DNA of 64,000 nt from Gammaproteobacteria bacterium (GCA_965222155.1 CBDCTH010000012.1:2304001-2368000), one strand, 5' to 3'; shown: positions 31,068 through 41,534, counted from the stretch's first letter. Made by a program: numbers and translations. The notes: generated by a model not told the origin, from the letters alone.

Positions 31068-31511
31068 GTCATACCGGTGCCAACAGCCGTCATACCGGCG
31101 CCAACAGTCGTCATACCGGCGCCAACAACCGTCATACCGGCGCCAACAACCGTCATACCGGCGCCAACAACCGTCATACCGGCGCCAATAGTCGTCATAC
31201 CGGCGCCAACAGTCGTCATACCGGTGCCAACAGCCGTCATACCGGCGCCAACAGTCGTCATACCGGCGCCAACAGTCGTCATACCGGCGCCAACAGCCGT
31301 CATACCGGTGCCAACAGCCGTCATACCGGCGCCAACAGTCGTCATACCGGCGCCAACAGCCGTCATACCGGCGCCAACAGCCGTCATACCGGCACCAACA
31401 GCCGTCATACCGGCGAATGCCGGTATCCAGTCAGGCAACCATTCCTTATAAGGATATTTTGTTTACTGGATACCGGCATTCGCCGGTATGACGATTTTCG
31501 TCGGTATGACG
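31068..31511. repeat. 16 tandem 21-bp units followed by a complete GTCATACC palindrome doublet
   Basis: Unit GTCATACCGGYGCCAACARYC 31068-31403; doublet 31404-31430 and 31466-31492. Confidence 0.95.
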
Positions 31512-31527
31512 GACTTGCAGATAGTCT

Positions 31528-32352
31528 TTATTCAGGTTTCACAAACTTCATCGTCATCCTGTCGCTTTCTCCGATGGCGGCATATTTCTCACGATCCTGA
31601 TCGCCTTCTCTGTAGGTGGGCGGTAAGGTCCAGACGCCTTTTGGATAGTCCTTGGTATCCTTGGGGTTTGCATTGATTTCGGTTTTATCGACAAATTGAA
31701 ATCCGGCTTTTTCCGCAAGGCGAATGACTTCGGCCTCGGGGACATATCCCTTTTTTGACCCCGCCTTGCCTGTCATATGCTCTTCACCCCGGTGCGTGAC
31801 GAGGCCCAGAATGCCTCCCGGTTTGAGCACCTTGTATATCGCAGCAAAAACCTGGTCCGCCGTATCGTTATTCAGCCAGTTATGGATATTGCGAAAGGTC
31901 AATACCATGTCCGCCTGCCCCTCCGGTTGCAATACCGGCTTGTTCGGAGGCGCAAATTCAAACATATTGACTTTGCCGTATATCTCCGAAGCAGACGCCA
32001 ATTTGTCCGCATATTTTTTGTAGCTATTGCGGTAGTATTCAATCTCGGATTCACTGTCGTAGCTTCCCACGTAGAGTTTCCCGTTATCTCTTAAATACGG
32101 CGCCAGTATTTCAGAATACCAACCGCCTGCGCCCGGGGATATTTCGACCACCGTCAGGTCGTTGCGGATACCGAACCAGTCAAGGGTCTGAGCCGGGTTG
32201 CGGTACTGGTTGCGCGACTTGTAGGCATCAGAGCGGTGGTCACCATTGGCGATCGCCATGAGTTGGTCAACGTTGTCAGCGGCAACTGCCTGGCTCACAG
32301 GCAGGCTCAGGACCGCAACTAATATGAACAGATAATGGTTCAGCTTCATCAC
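31528..32352 (-). CDS. Exported class I SAM-dependent methyltransferase-like protein
   Basis: VVEISPGAGGWYS, DMVLTFRNIHNW, LKPGG, GVWTLPP, IGESDRM. Confidence 0.85.
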   Translation of the reverse strand: MMKLNHYLFILVAVLSLPVSQAVAADNVDQLMAIANGDHRSDAYKSRNQYRNPAQTLDWFGIRNDLTVVEISPGAGGWYSEILAPYLRDNGKLYVGSYDSESEIEYYRNSYKKYADKLASASEIYGKVNMFEFAPPNKPVLQPEGQADMVLTFRNIHNWLNNDTADQVFAAIYKVLKPGGILGLVTHRGEEHMTGKAGSKKGYVPEAEVIRLAEKAGFQFVDKTEINANPKDTKDYPKGVWTLPPTYREGDQDREKYAAIGESDRMTMKFVKPE

Positions 32353-32420
32353 TTATTCCCTCCGTTATACCGGTTAATGCGTATATGTTACCCTGTCTTC
32401 CAATCATTGGTAAACGTTGA

Positions 32421-32529
32421 ATGAAACAAACAGCCGTCATAACAGGAGCCGGCATCGGATGAAGCTTCATTTATTACCGGCCAGATATTATTCGTAGATG
32501 GCGGCTTTTCGGTTACCGGTAACCCTTAA
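32421..32529 (+). pseudogene. SDR oxidoreductase with nearly the whole interior deleted
   Basis: MKQTAVITGAG joined out of frame to ASDEASFITGQILFVDGGFSVTGNP*. Confidence 0.8.
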
Positions 32530-32561
32530 TTCGCATAACTTACCAGAGGATACGACCTAAT

Positions 32562-33551
32562 ATGTCTGACAAGATTAAATGGGGCATCATGGGGACCGGG
32601 CGTATAGCCGGGAGTTTTGCTATTGCCTTAAAAAATCTTGACGATTCCGAACTGTATGGAATAGGTTCCAGGTCTGAAGAAAATGCCGATGCATTTTCCG
32701 ACGGGTATTCGGTCCCGAAAAGTTTTCATGCCTATGAAAGTCTCGTCAATGATCCTGATATTGACGTCGTTTATATCGCTACTCCCCATTCCCTGCATAA
32801 AGAAAATTGCCTGATGTGTCTGGAACATGGTAAAGCCGTATTATGTGAAAAACCGTTTACCATCAGTTCCGCCGAAGCTGCCGCAGTCATCAACTTCGCC
32901 CGTGAACGCCGGCTTTTTCTCATGGAAGCAATGTGGACCCGTTTCGTTCCCGCGGCAATTAAATTAAAAGAGCTGATTGAGGATAAAATAATCGGCGATA
33001 TCCAATATCTGTTTGCCGGCGGCGCATTTATCCCCGAATTTGACCCGGATCATTATTTATTCAAAAAGGAATTAGGCGGCGGAGTGTTACTTGATGGTGG
33101 AATTTACCCTGTATCACTCGCTTCCTGGTTGCTGGGTTATCCGGATAAAATCCAATCCGCAGGCAGGCTGAACAGCAGCGGCATCGACGACCATGACGCG
33201 ATGTTGCTGGAATACGACTGCGGCGCCATTGCCAGTTTACACGTTTCAATGCGAACCAAATCCCCCCCGGACATCACCGTTCTGGGCAGCAAAGGAAAAA
33301 TTTATGTCCACCCGGCTATGTTTTGTCCCAGCAAAATTACATTGAGTTTATTTGATGCAGAAGAAACCGAAATAGCATTACCTTTTGCTTCCAACGGTTA
33401 TCAATATGAAGCCATGGAAGTCAACCGTTGTTTAAGAGAAGGAAAAACCGAAAGCAGGGTCATGCCGCTGGATGAGACCCTGGCCATCATGCTGATGATG
33501 GATAAAATACGGGATCAACTCGGCTTGAAATATCCAATGGAAGCATCCTGA
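32562..33551 (+). CDS. Gfo/Idh/MocA oxidoreductase
   Basis: WGIMGTGRIA, VYIATPH, VLCEKP, MEAMWTRF, GGGVLLD. Confidence 0.92.
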   Translation: MSDKIKWGIMGTGRIAGSFAIALKNLDDSELYGIGSRSEENADAFSDGYSVPKSFHAYESLVNDPDIDVVYIATPHSLHKENCLMCLEHGKAVLCEKPFTISSAEAAAVINFARERRLFLMEAMWTRFVPAAIKLKELIEDKIIGDIQYLFAGGAFIPEFDPDHYLFKKELGGGVLLDGGIYPVSLASWLLGYPDKIQSAGRLNSSGIDDHDAMLLEYDCGAIASLHVSMRTKSPPDITVLGSKGKIYVHPAMFCPSKITLSLFDAEETEIALPFASNGYQYEAMEVNRCLREGKTESRVMPLDETLAIMLMMDKIRDQLGLKYPMEAS

Positions 33552-33583
33552 AGTGAGTATATAATGTATTCGTTTCAGGCTAC

Positions 33584-33739
33584 CGTCATTCTGGCTTAGC
33601 GTCATTCTGGCTTAGCGTCATTCTGGCTTAGCGTCATTCTGGCTTAGCGTCATTCTGGCTTAGCGTCATTCTGGCTTAGCGTCATTCTGGCTTAGCGTCA
33701 TCGTGGCTTAGCGTCATTCTGGCGAATGCCAGAATCCAG
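33584..33739. repeat. 8 tandem 16-bp units followed by a complete GTCATTC palindrome
   Basis: CGTCATTCTGGCTTAG x8 then CGTCATTCTGGCGAATGCCAGAATCCAG. Confidence 0.95.
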
Positions 33740-33765
33740 AGGGTAGCTTCTCGCAACAACATAAT

Positions 33766-33841
33766 GCCGGATTAGCTCAGTTGGTAGAGCGCCCGCCTTG
33801 TAAGCGGATGGTCGGCGGTTCGAATCCGTCATCCGGCACCA
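33766..33841 (+). tRNA. tRNA-Thr(TGT)
   Basis: GCCGGAT acceptor, TAGCTCAGTTGGTAGAGC D arm, CT-TGT-AA loop, GGTTCGAATCC, CCA end. Confidence 0.97.
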
Positions 33842-34092
33842 TGTATTTAACTTGCTTCTAATTTTGGAATTTCAACATTCAAATTCACTTCATAAGTGGT
33901 ATTACGGCCACCACCCTACGGAATGGTATGGGGAGCAAAACAACGGCAGGATAATTAAGTATTGTGTCCCTGGAATTCACTGTTATACTGCGCATTTGTA
34001 TTTCTGTTGTCTCCCTTCTCCAGATTAAGAATCGCGCGATTCATGAAAAATAGGGAAGGTTTTTGATTTCATGATTATCGAGGGTAAATTAA

Positions 34093-36513
34093 ATGAGTAT
34101 ATTGGATAAAGCACTTATTCAAAGTTTATGTATTTGTCTTGGCAGTGTATTGGTCATACCCGTTTATGCTCAAGACAGCGAAAGTGGTATTGGCGCACTA
34201 ATGGAAGAAATAACCGTTACCGCCAGAAAGCGTGAAGAGAGCTTGCAGAATACGCCTATCGCGGTATCCGTCTTCAGTGGCGAGAGCCTGGAAGCACGCG
34301 GGGTCCAGAGGGTCGATGAAATTGCCGGGCTGACGCCTAACATGTCTTTTGACAATATCAACACCAATGGTGGTGGCGGCAATAGTGCAGCCGTGTTTCT
34401 GCGCGGTGTCGGACAACGCGACTTTATACCTTCTGCTGACCCGGGTGTAGGCATCTACGTGGACGGCGTCTATTTCGCCCGCAGCATCGGTTCGGTGCTG
34501 GACATAATCGATGTGGACCGTATTGAAGTCCTGCGCGGCCCTCAGGGTACGCTGTTCGGCCGTAATACCACGGGTGGCGCCATAGCTATCCACACCGTGA
34601 AACCCCATGAAGAATTTGAGGGCAAGGTACGCGTAAGAGTGGGCATCGATGACCGGCTCGATGTACTCGGCAAGGTCAATGTCCCGATTAGCGACAATCT
34701 TTACATGAATGCGACGGTCGCCAAGTTTGACCAGGATGGTTTCGTGGTGAACCCCATTAACGGTATGGATACCGGGGACGATGATACTTTAGCCTTCCGC
34801 GGTGCATTACGTTGGCAGGCGAACAACAACTTCGAGATTAATATCAGCGGCGACTATTCCCGTGACAGGGAAAACGGCCAGGCCCGTGTGGTTACAGAAA
34901 ATCCCGACCGGGTCGTGGACCTTACGCCCGGGGCAAATATGTTCAACCATAATTTCTTACTCGGCGCCAATTCGCCGCTTCATCCGGCCAATGGCGGCCC
35001 TGGTATCAACAACCCGGGGACTCCTTTCGCCAGGGAGTTCAGTAACTGCGATGCCACCCCCGCGAACATCGCGGGAACCACCTCGGGTTGCGCCAATGCC
35101 AACACCATAGCCCTGGGTCAGAATACCAGCACCATGCCGACCTTCTCCAATCACGATATCTATGGTTTCTCAGGCACGGTTGACTGGCAGATCTCGAACA
35201 ACCTGGAAATCAAGTCGATAACCGCCTACCGTAATGTCGACAGCACCTTTGCCCACGATGGCGATAGCACCCCTTTCTTCTTATCCTGGGTAAGGGATGA
35301 GATTTACGTGCAGGAACAGTTTACCCAGGAAATACAGTTGCTGGGTACGGCTTTTGCTGACCGCCTGCAATGGATCATAGGCGGCTTTTATTTCACGGAA
35401 GACGGCAACAACTACAACCCGGTGGATTTTGCCTCGATTGATATAGAAAGCGGCGCCAGGTTCGACCATGAGAGTATCGCCGGTTTTGCTCAGGGAACGT
35501 TTGACGTAACGGACAAGCTGCATATTACGGCCGGCATTCGCTACACCGATGACACCAAGGATTTCATCGTCACCAGTGACGGAATGTATAGTACACCCGG
35601 TCTTCACTTTACGGGGGGCACGACCAGTGACGTGGTGAATATTCAGTCCGCGGTTCCTGCGTTTGCCCCACCCGGGGCTGTGGTGAAGCTGATAGCCGAC
35701 GGCACCACGACCCTGAAGGCCGACGACTGGACCCCCATGGCGAATATTTCCTACGACTGGAATGATGACCTCATGACCTATTTCACCTACTCGGAAGGTT
35801 TCAAGAGTGGCGGCGTGCAGCAACGTAATGCCGGTGTGTTCGGCGGCGCGGCGCCCACCTACGACCCGGAGTTCGTGGAATCTTTCGAAGTCGGTTTCAA
35901 ATATAACCACCCGAACGGAAACTTTGTCCTGAACGTGGCCGCCTTCTACGCCGATTATACGGACATTCAACTGGAAACCCTGGCGCCCGAAGGTATCGCC
36001 CCGCAGCTTGACAATGCCGGTGAGGCCGAGATCAAGGGTTTCGAACTGGAATCACGCTGGTCGCCGCTTGACACCTTGTTCCTTGAAGTGGCTATCGGTC
36101 ATCTCGATGCGGTGATCACGAAATCCGACCCCACAGTATTTAACACCGGCGGCCCTGCCAAGGGTGACAGGTTGCCGCAGGTGCCGCGCTGGTCGCTGGC
36201 CGCCTCGCTCATCAAGGAGTTCGGCCTCGGCGATATGGGCACCATCATCGCACGGCTGGATTACAACTACCGGACCAAGGTGTTTTTTGACCCGGCTAAC
36301 GACCCGGGCAGCATGATGCAGTCCCATGGCCTGATGAATGCCAGTGTGGGCTGGGACAGCGCCAATGACAAGTATTCGCTCATCTTCCATGCGAATAATA
36401 TCTTTGACAAGCGTCGCATAATCTACACGGAGCTTTCAGGATCAGCACGCACGCAGAACGACGTCCTGGCCCGTGATTTTGCCTGGTACCTGACTGGCGA
36501 ATACCGCTTCTAA
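34093..36513 (+). CDS. TonB-dependent receptor
   Basis: TonB box EEITVTARK, RIEVLRGPQGTLFGRN, C-terminal YRF. Confidence 0.95.
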   Translation: MSILDKALIQSLCICLGSVLVIPVYAQDSESGIGALMEEITVTARKREESLQNTPIAVSVFSGESLEARGVQRVDEIAGLTPNMSFDNINTNGGGGNSAAVFLRGVGQRDFIPSADPGVGIYVDGVYFARSIGSVLDIIDVDRIEVLRGPQGTLFGRNTTGGAIAIHTVKPHEEFEGKVRVRVGIDDRLDVLGKVNVPISDNLYMNATVAKFDQDGFVVNPINGMDTGDDDTLAFRGALRWQANNNFEINISGDYSRDRENGQARVVTENPDRVVDLTPGANMFNHNFLLGANSPLHPANGGPGINNPGTPFAREFSNCDATPANIAGTTSGCANANTIALGQNTSTMPTFSNHDIYGFSGTVDWQISNNLEIKSITAYRNVDSTFAHDGDSTPFFLSWVRDEIYVQEQFTQEIQLLGTAFADRLQWIIGGFYFTEDGNNYNPVDFASIDIESGARFDHESIAGFAQGTFDVTDKLHITAGIRYTDDTKDFIVTSDGMYSTPGLHFTGGTTSDVVNIQSAVPAFAPPGAVVKLIADGTTTLKADDWTPMANISYDWNDDLMTYFTYSEGFKSGGVQQRNAGVFGGAAPTYDPEFVESFEVGFKYNHPNGNFVLNVAAFYADYTDIQLETLAPEGIAPQLDNAGEAEIKGFELESRWSPLDTLFLEVAIGHLDAVITKSDPTVFNTGGPAKGDRLPQVPRWSLAASLIKEFGLGDMGTIIARLDYNYRTKVFFDPANDPGSMMQSHGLMNASVGWDSANDKYSLIFHANNIFDKRRIIYTELSGSARTQNDVLARDFAWYLTGEYRF

Positions 36514-36528
36514 AAAGCGCCTGGTAAA

Positions 36529-36642
36529 AATGAAATTGTTCTTGGCAAACGGGCGATTTCCGCGGACTCGGCTTTACGTCTTGCTCGCTATTTTGGTAAC
36601 AATGAATAATTCTGGCTGGGATTACAGGATGATCTTGATTTT
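36529..36642 (+). pseudogene. HigA antitoxin remnant
   Basis: NEIVLGKRAISADSALRLARYFGNNE*FWLGLQ; no N-terminus, internal stop. Confidence 0.8.
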
Positions 36643-36704
36643 TACCCATAAAATCGCTATAGTTCGGCTTGATATTCCACCTACTGAATATCATTGGTGT
36701 TAAT

Positions 36705-37061
36705 GGGGGCGTATCTGGTTTCGACGAGGGTACTGAATCCCAAGGGGCATGCCGAGGTGCAGATTACCTCGTAAATCCATCTGCATATTTAATAGTTGAC
36801 GAAAAGTACAACTACGCTCTGGCTGCCTAAACGCAGCTAGCCTCTGACTGATTTGTGCTTGTGCTTTCAACTCAGAGGTCATATACACAAGATCGCGATG
36901 AAGTTTGTCCAGCGCGGATTCGCTAAAACTTAATGGACTCGTTACCTGTATTCCCCCGCCGGTTCGGGTAACAGGTGATTAAATTTAAAGATTCGGCTAA
37001 GCATGTAGAACCGAAGGTTGATGGCTCGCGGACGCCGGTTCGACTCCGGCCGCCTCCACCA
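36705..37061 (+). ncRNA. ssrA: tmRNA
   Basis: 5' GGGGGCG..GGTTTCGAC, tag ORF ending YALAA* (36798-36830), 3' GGTTCGACTCCGGCCGCCTCCACCA. Confidence 0.96.
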
Positions 37062-37134
37062 TTACGGCAATACCAAATCGCCTGACCCGCATATTGCCGC
37101 CGGAATTTGATGTGCGCCTTCCTTGGCCCACAGC

Positions 37135-37620
37135 TCAGATATACATCATAATACTGTCCAGCGGCGCATCTGCATTAAGCAAATCCACCCGCTTGGACTT
37201 TATTTTCAATCCCTCTTCCGTCGTCACCAGGCGCCAGGTGACGGCGCCGGCGTAGGTATCCTGCTTGCGATGATATATCACGGCAATAACGTTGGCCTTG
37301 ACGGTAATTTCTCCTGGGGGATGCAGCGCGGTATCTGTTTCAAGATCAGACAGGACGCGGACCGAACGCACCTTGCAGTGCATGGAGGGTGACAACGGAT
37401 TGTGCAGGTTGTACTTGCGCATTTCCATCAGGGCGCGGTTGTCGTAGATCAGTGAGTCGTGCTGTTCCGGGTTGGTTTGTTCCCGCTCCAGGGGCATCCA
37501 GTAATAACCGTCTACCGTAAACAGGGAGATCCAGGTGTCGAGATCCGCTTCGTTCAGGCACCTGGTCTCCAGGCGGATCAGGTCCGTGATTGCTTCCTTT
37601 ACTGACACTGTTCCGCTCAT
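37135..37620 (-). CDS. Aromatic ring-hydroxylating oxygenase beta subunit
   Basis: W..LF..DGYYWMP, SLIYD, KIK.KRVDLLN. Confidence 0.88.
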   Translation of the reverse strand: MSGTVSVKEAITDLIRLETRCLNEADLDTWISLFTVDGYYWMPLEREQTNPEQHDSLIYDNRALMEMRKYNLHNPLSPSMHCKVRSVRVLSDLETDTALHPPGEITVKANVIAVIYHRKQDTYAGAVTWRLVTTEEGLKIKSKRVDLLNADAPLDSIMMYI

Positions 37621-38942
37621 TCCGTCCCGGTCATGTATCCCAGCCAGGCTGTGTACTGGTTGCGTAACGCCAGGTCACTGGTGCCCGTTGCCGTTAGCCT
37701 TTCCCTGTCCCGGACTTCCCTGCCGAAATGGCGCTGCATATCCATCCATTCGATGGCCCCGGCCGCGGCGCTTTCCTGTATGCGAATGTAACAGTCCAGG
37801 TCGTCCGGGCCGACCATCGACGCAGGAGAGTTAATCAGGCGGGAATAGCGCAGGGTTCGCTCCAGCATCCTGGATGGTGCGCCTTTCAACCTGAACGTCC
37901 AGGATTCGATGATGGTTTCATTTACCGAGACGGGTATTACCACGCGGATGGACTGGATATTGTCGCGTACCGTGCAGGACGGGTAGATCAGTCCGTTGTG
38001 GCGGTTGAATGAGAGTATTTCCTCGGTACGCGCTCTACCGTAGGCCTGTTCCATGGCTTGCAGGTAATCGGGATAGACCTGGTAGTGGCTGAAAATGCTG
38101 GTTTTACCGCCCATGTAGGCATGTCCCCGCGGCAGCCCGACAAAACCCATCCTGTCAAAGAAATCGTAGGAACCGCCAAACGGGGCTATCACCTCCGCTT
38201 CCGGTAACGGGGCATGGTCGGGCGGGAGCTGTTCCAGGTATTGCCGTACCGCGTCACTAGTGCCGGCGTGGGCTACCATGGGGTGCATGGCGTCGTGCAG
38301 GTTTTCGGTAAAGAACTTCCAGTTGACCGGATGGCGAAACCGGTGACAGGTTTTCCCGGTCACTTCAACCTCACCGGCAGGAGAGCGATCGACCATGTTG
38401 TCTATGGTGGCGCACATTTGACCGAGGAAGCTGTTCAGGTCAGGCCCCGTTGCGGACTGGGAGGCGAAGACAAAACCCCGGTACTGCCCGACTCTGGCTA
38501 CCTTGGGCATGCCATACTGGGAAGCGCTGCTGTCGAAACCTACGTCCTTGTAGCCGGCCGGGCTCGGCTGTGAGCGCAATGACCCGTCCGTCCTGTACGC
38601 CCAGCCGTGATACGGGCACTTGAATATCCCCTTGCCGACGCTGCCGTTACGGGCCTGGCAGACCTGTGCGCCGCGATGGCCGCAACGGTTCACTAACACG
38701 TTGATATCCTTGCCGTTCATGTCCCTGACCATGATGACCGGCGTCAGCCCGATGCTGGTGGTGAGATAATCCCCGGGGGATTTAACCTGGCTTACGTGGC
38801 CGACGTAGATCCACGCCTGCCCCCATAATCGTTCCATCTCCAGTTTGAATATTTCTTCCCTGACATATACGTCCTTATGCACCCGGGCAGGTTCGACCAG
38901 GGACTTCAGAGCTTCAGGGCTGTCGTAGTGCTTGTCTTGCAT
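37617..38942 (-). CDS. Rieske aromatic ring-hydroxylating oxygenase alpha subunit
   Basis: NRCGHRG...CPYHGW Rieske motif; NWK..ENLHDAMHP..AH iron site. Confidence 0.93.
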   Translation of the reverse strand: MQDKHYDSPEALKSLVEPARVHKDVYVREEIFKLEMERLWGQAWIYVGHVSQVKSPGDYLTTSIGLTPVIMVRDMNGKDINVLVNRCGHRGAQVCQARNGSVGKGIFKCPYHGWAYRTDGSLRSQPSPAGYKDVGFDSSASQYGMPKVARVGQYRGFVFASQSATGPDLNSFLGQMCATIDNMVDRSPAGEVEVTGKTCHRFRHPVNWKFFTENLHDAMHPMVAHAGTSDAVRQYLEQLPPDHAPLPEAEVIAPFGGSYDFFDRMGFVGLPRGHAYMGGKTSIFSHYQVYPDYLQAMEQAYGRARTEEILSFNRHNGLIYPSCTVRDNIQSIRVVIPVSVNETIIESWTFRLKGAPSRMLERTLRYSRLINSPASMVGPDDLDCYIRIQESAAAGAIEWMDMQRHFGREVRDRERLTATGTSDLALRNQYTAWLGYMTGTE

Positions 38943-39140
38943 GGCAACACTTCATAAACGGCAAAATGAGACACATATTCTAGCTTTGTCATGCCCGATT
39001 GGGAAACCTGATGGTGAATGAATGCCCCAAAAAACCACAGAGGGCATAAAGTACACAGAAAAGTAAATGGATTTCTATAAGACGCACGCAGCCCCTATCC
39101 CTTACTCTGTGATCTCTGTGTCCTCTGTGGCACACAAAAT

Positions 39141-39167
39141 AAAAAGCCGGACAGAGTGTCCGGCTTT
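39141..39167 (-). terminator. Terminator of the alpha operon
   Basis: AAAAAGCCGGACA-GAG-TGTCCGGCTTT. Confidence 0.85.
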
Positions 39168-39195
39168 GAGTTATTACCACTTTATTATAGTTATC

Positions 39196-39594
39196 TCAGC
39201 TATCCGTACTGTTATTATTTTCTTCCGAACTTGTTACGAGCCGGTCAACCAGTTCCACGATAGCCATTGGCGCCTTATCGCCTACCCTGTAACCGCATTT
39301 CAGTATCCGCAGGTAGCCTCCCGGCCTGCTCTTGTAACGCGGGCCTAATTCATTAAACAGTTTCGTCACCGTCGGTCTGTCACGCAAGCGAGAGAATGCC
39401 AGCCTGCGTTTGGCAACGGAATCCGTTTTCGCCAGCGTAATCAACGGTTCGGCTACGCGGCGTAATTCTTTCGCCTTGGCAACCGTGGTTTTAATCATTT
39501 CATGTTGTACCAGCGAGACGGCCATATTGCGAAACATCGCTTTACGATGACTGCTGTTTCGATTTAGTTTCCGTCCACTTTCTCTATGACGCAT
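39196..39594 (-). CDS. rplQ: 50S ribosomal protein L17
   Basis: [18 protein letters not shown]. Confidence 0.98.
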   Translation of the reverse strand: MRHRESGRKLNRNSSHRKAMFRNMAVSLVQHEMIKTTVAKAKELRRVAEPLITLAKTDSVAKRRLAFSRLRDRPTVTKLFNELGPRYKSRPGGYLRILKCGYRVGDKAPMAIVELVDRLVTSSEENNNSTDS

Positions 39595-39614
39595 GTCCGA
39601 AAATTCCTCAAATG

Positions 39615-40634
39615 CTAATGTGATATGATGGACGACATATCCCTGTCCTCATACAAATCTGAAGGAGGCCAGTTTTCCAGCCTCATCCCTAAAGATAAGC
39701 CGCGGGAAGCGAGTACGTCCTTGATTTCCGTCAGTGATTTTTTGCCCAGGTTCGGGGTCTTCAATAATTCCATTTCGGTACGTTGAATCAGGTCGCCGAT
39801 ATAATAAATACTTTCCGCTTTCAGGCAGTTTGCCGAACGGACCGTGAGTTCCAGGTCATCAACGGGACGCAACAGGACGGGGTCAATTTCCGGCTCATCA
39901 CTGGCTGCCGGGGTTTCCTCAGCCTGTTCCGCTTCCAGGTCAACAAATATGGACAACTGGTTGCGCAGGATAAGCGCCGCTTCCTTAATAGCTTCTTCCG
40001 GGTTGATTGTACCGTTCGTTTCCACTTCCAGAATTAACTTATCCAGGTCCGTCTGTTGTTCTACACGAGCACTCTGAACGTCATAAGAAACGCGTTTTAC
40101 CGGACTGAATGAAGCATCCAGCTTCAGCCTGCCAATACTCTGCCCGATGTCGTCATCCGGATTGCCTATGGTTACGGGGCGATAACCGCGCCCGCGCTCA
40201 ATGATAATACTCATATTCAACTCGCCCGCCCGGGTGAGATTTGCAATCAGGTGATCAGGATTAGCGATTTCCACGTCGTGGTCCAGCTTGATGTCACTTG
40301 CCTTGACTTCCCCCGGCCCCGTCTTGTTCAACGTCAAGGTGACATCATCCTTGGCATGTACATTGATCGCCAATTCCTTCAGGTTCAGCAGGATATCCGT
40401 TACATCCTCGTGCACACCGTCGATTGTCGTATACTCATGCAGCACACCATCTATCTCCACTTCGGTCACTGCACAACCTGACATGGATGACAATAAAACC
40501 CGGCGTAGCGCATTACCTAACGTATGGCCAAAGCCCCGATTTAGCGGTTCTATGGTTATTTTTGCCAGCGTAGTGCTGATGATTTCCACGTCAACCCGAC
40601 GCGGTTTTAATAATTCACTGAATGTTGAGGGCAT
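39615..40634 (-). CDS. rpoA: RNA polymerase alpha subunit
   Basis: [25 protein letters not shown]. Confidence 0.98.
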   Translation of the reverse strand: MPSTFSELLKPRRVDVEIISTTLAKITIEPLNRGFGHTLGNALRRVLLSSMSGCAVTEVEIDGVLHEYTTIDGVHEDVTDILLNLKELAINVHAKDDVTLTLNKTGPGEVKASDIKLDHDVEIANPDHLIANLTRAGELNMSIIIERGRGYRPVTIGNPDDDIGQSIGRLKLDASFSPVKRVSYDVQSARVEQQTDLDKLILEVETNGTINPEEAIKEAALILRNQLSIFVDLEAEQAEETPAASDEPEIDPVLLRPVDDLELTVRSANCLKAESIYYIGDLIQRTEMELLKTPNLGKKSLTEIKDVLASRGLSLGMRLENWPPSDLYEDRDMSSIISH

Positions 40635-40655
40635 AGTTGTTGTTCCTATAGCTAC

Positions 40656-41276
40656 TTACTTGGAATAAAGTTCTACGACTAATTGTTCGTTTATATCCGA
40701 TGGTAATTCACTGCGCTCAGGTATTGATTTAAATAATCCAACCATCTTCTTGGTATCAACCTCTACCCATTCGGGGAACCCGATTTGATCTGCTACGTTA
40801 AGGGCATCCTGGATTCGTAGTTGTTTCTTGCTTTTTTCCCTTATCTCAACCTTATCCTCGGGTTTGACCTGATAAGATGGAATATTAACGGACTGTCCAT
40901 TCACCAATACCGATTTGTGACTTACCAACTGCCGGGATTCATTACGGGTGCAGCCAAACCCCATCCTGAACACCACAGTGTCCAGACGGCATTCAAGGAT
41001 TTGCAACAGGTTCTCTCCGGTGGAGCCTCTACGCCGTACCGCTTCCTTGTAATAGCGACGAAACTGCTTTTCCAGGACACCATAAATCCGTCGCAGTTTC
41101 TGTTTTTCCCTGAGTTGTACGGCATAATCAGACAACCTCTTCGCCCTGACACCTTGCTGTCCGGGTGGTTTGTCAATCTGGCATTTGGATTCAATAGGCC
41201 GCGCACGGCTTTTCAAGAACAGGTCGACGCCTTCACGGCGACTCAGCTTACATTTGGGTCCCAGGTAACGAGCCAT
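40656..41276 (-). CDS. rpsD: 30S ribosomal protein S4
   Basis: [16 protein letters not shown]; start corrected to 41276. Confidence 0.98.
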   Translation of the reverse strand: MARYLGPKCKLSRREGVDLFLKSRARPIESKCQIDKPPGQQGVRAKRLSDYAVQLREKQKLRRIYGVLEKQFRRYYKEAVRRRGSTGENLLQILECRLDTVVFRMGFGCTRNESRQLVSHKSVLVNGQSVNIPSYQVKPEDKVEIREKSKKQLRIQDALNVADQIGFPEWVEVDTKKMVGLFKSIPERSELPSDINEQLVVELYSK

Positions 41277-41286
41277 ATCTCCTCCT

Positions 41287-41530
41287 AACCCGGATTTCTC
41301 ACCAGGTGATGCGATGATCGCGCAGGATTTTTTGCGCCAGCGGGTGCCTGCGACCGAAAGCATAGCCGTAAGCTCTGGTTGAGGGAGCACGTGCCTGCTG
41401 GCGCAAAAAAGACAAGCGAGGGCGCATCAAGCGCAGTTTGTAATACTAACATAGTAAGAGTCCTACCATAACTTATTGACAACAAATATATTTCCGAGAG
41501 CAACAAGCGACCTGGTGTGAAATCCGGGTT
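41287..41530. mobile_element. MITE-like element copy A (rpsK-rpsD spacer)
   Basis: AACCCGGATTTCTCACCAG ... CTGGTGTGAAATCCGGGTT. Confidence 0.85.
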
Positions 41531-41534
41531 TAAC

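Noticed and set aside
31049-31451. ORFs with VIPAPT / GAGMT repeats, and possible CRISPR
   Set aside because: Translations of a 21-bp tandem repeat; no unique spacers and no cas genes
33584-33711. Possible CRISPR array
   Set aside because: Head-to-tail 16-mers without spacers
41277-41390. N-terminal extension of S4 in the ORF track (similar for S13, S8, L4)
   Set aside because: Upstream in-frame starts in the MITE or neighbouring genes; canonical starts lie downstream
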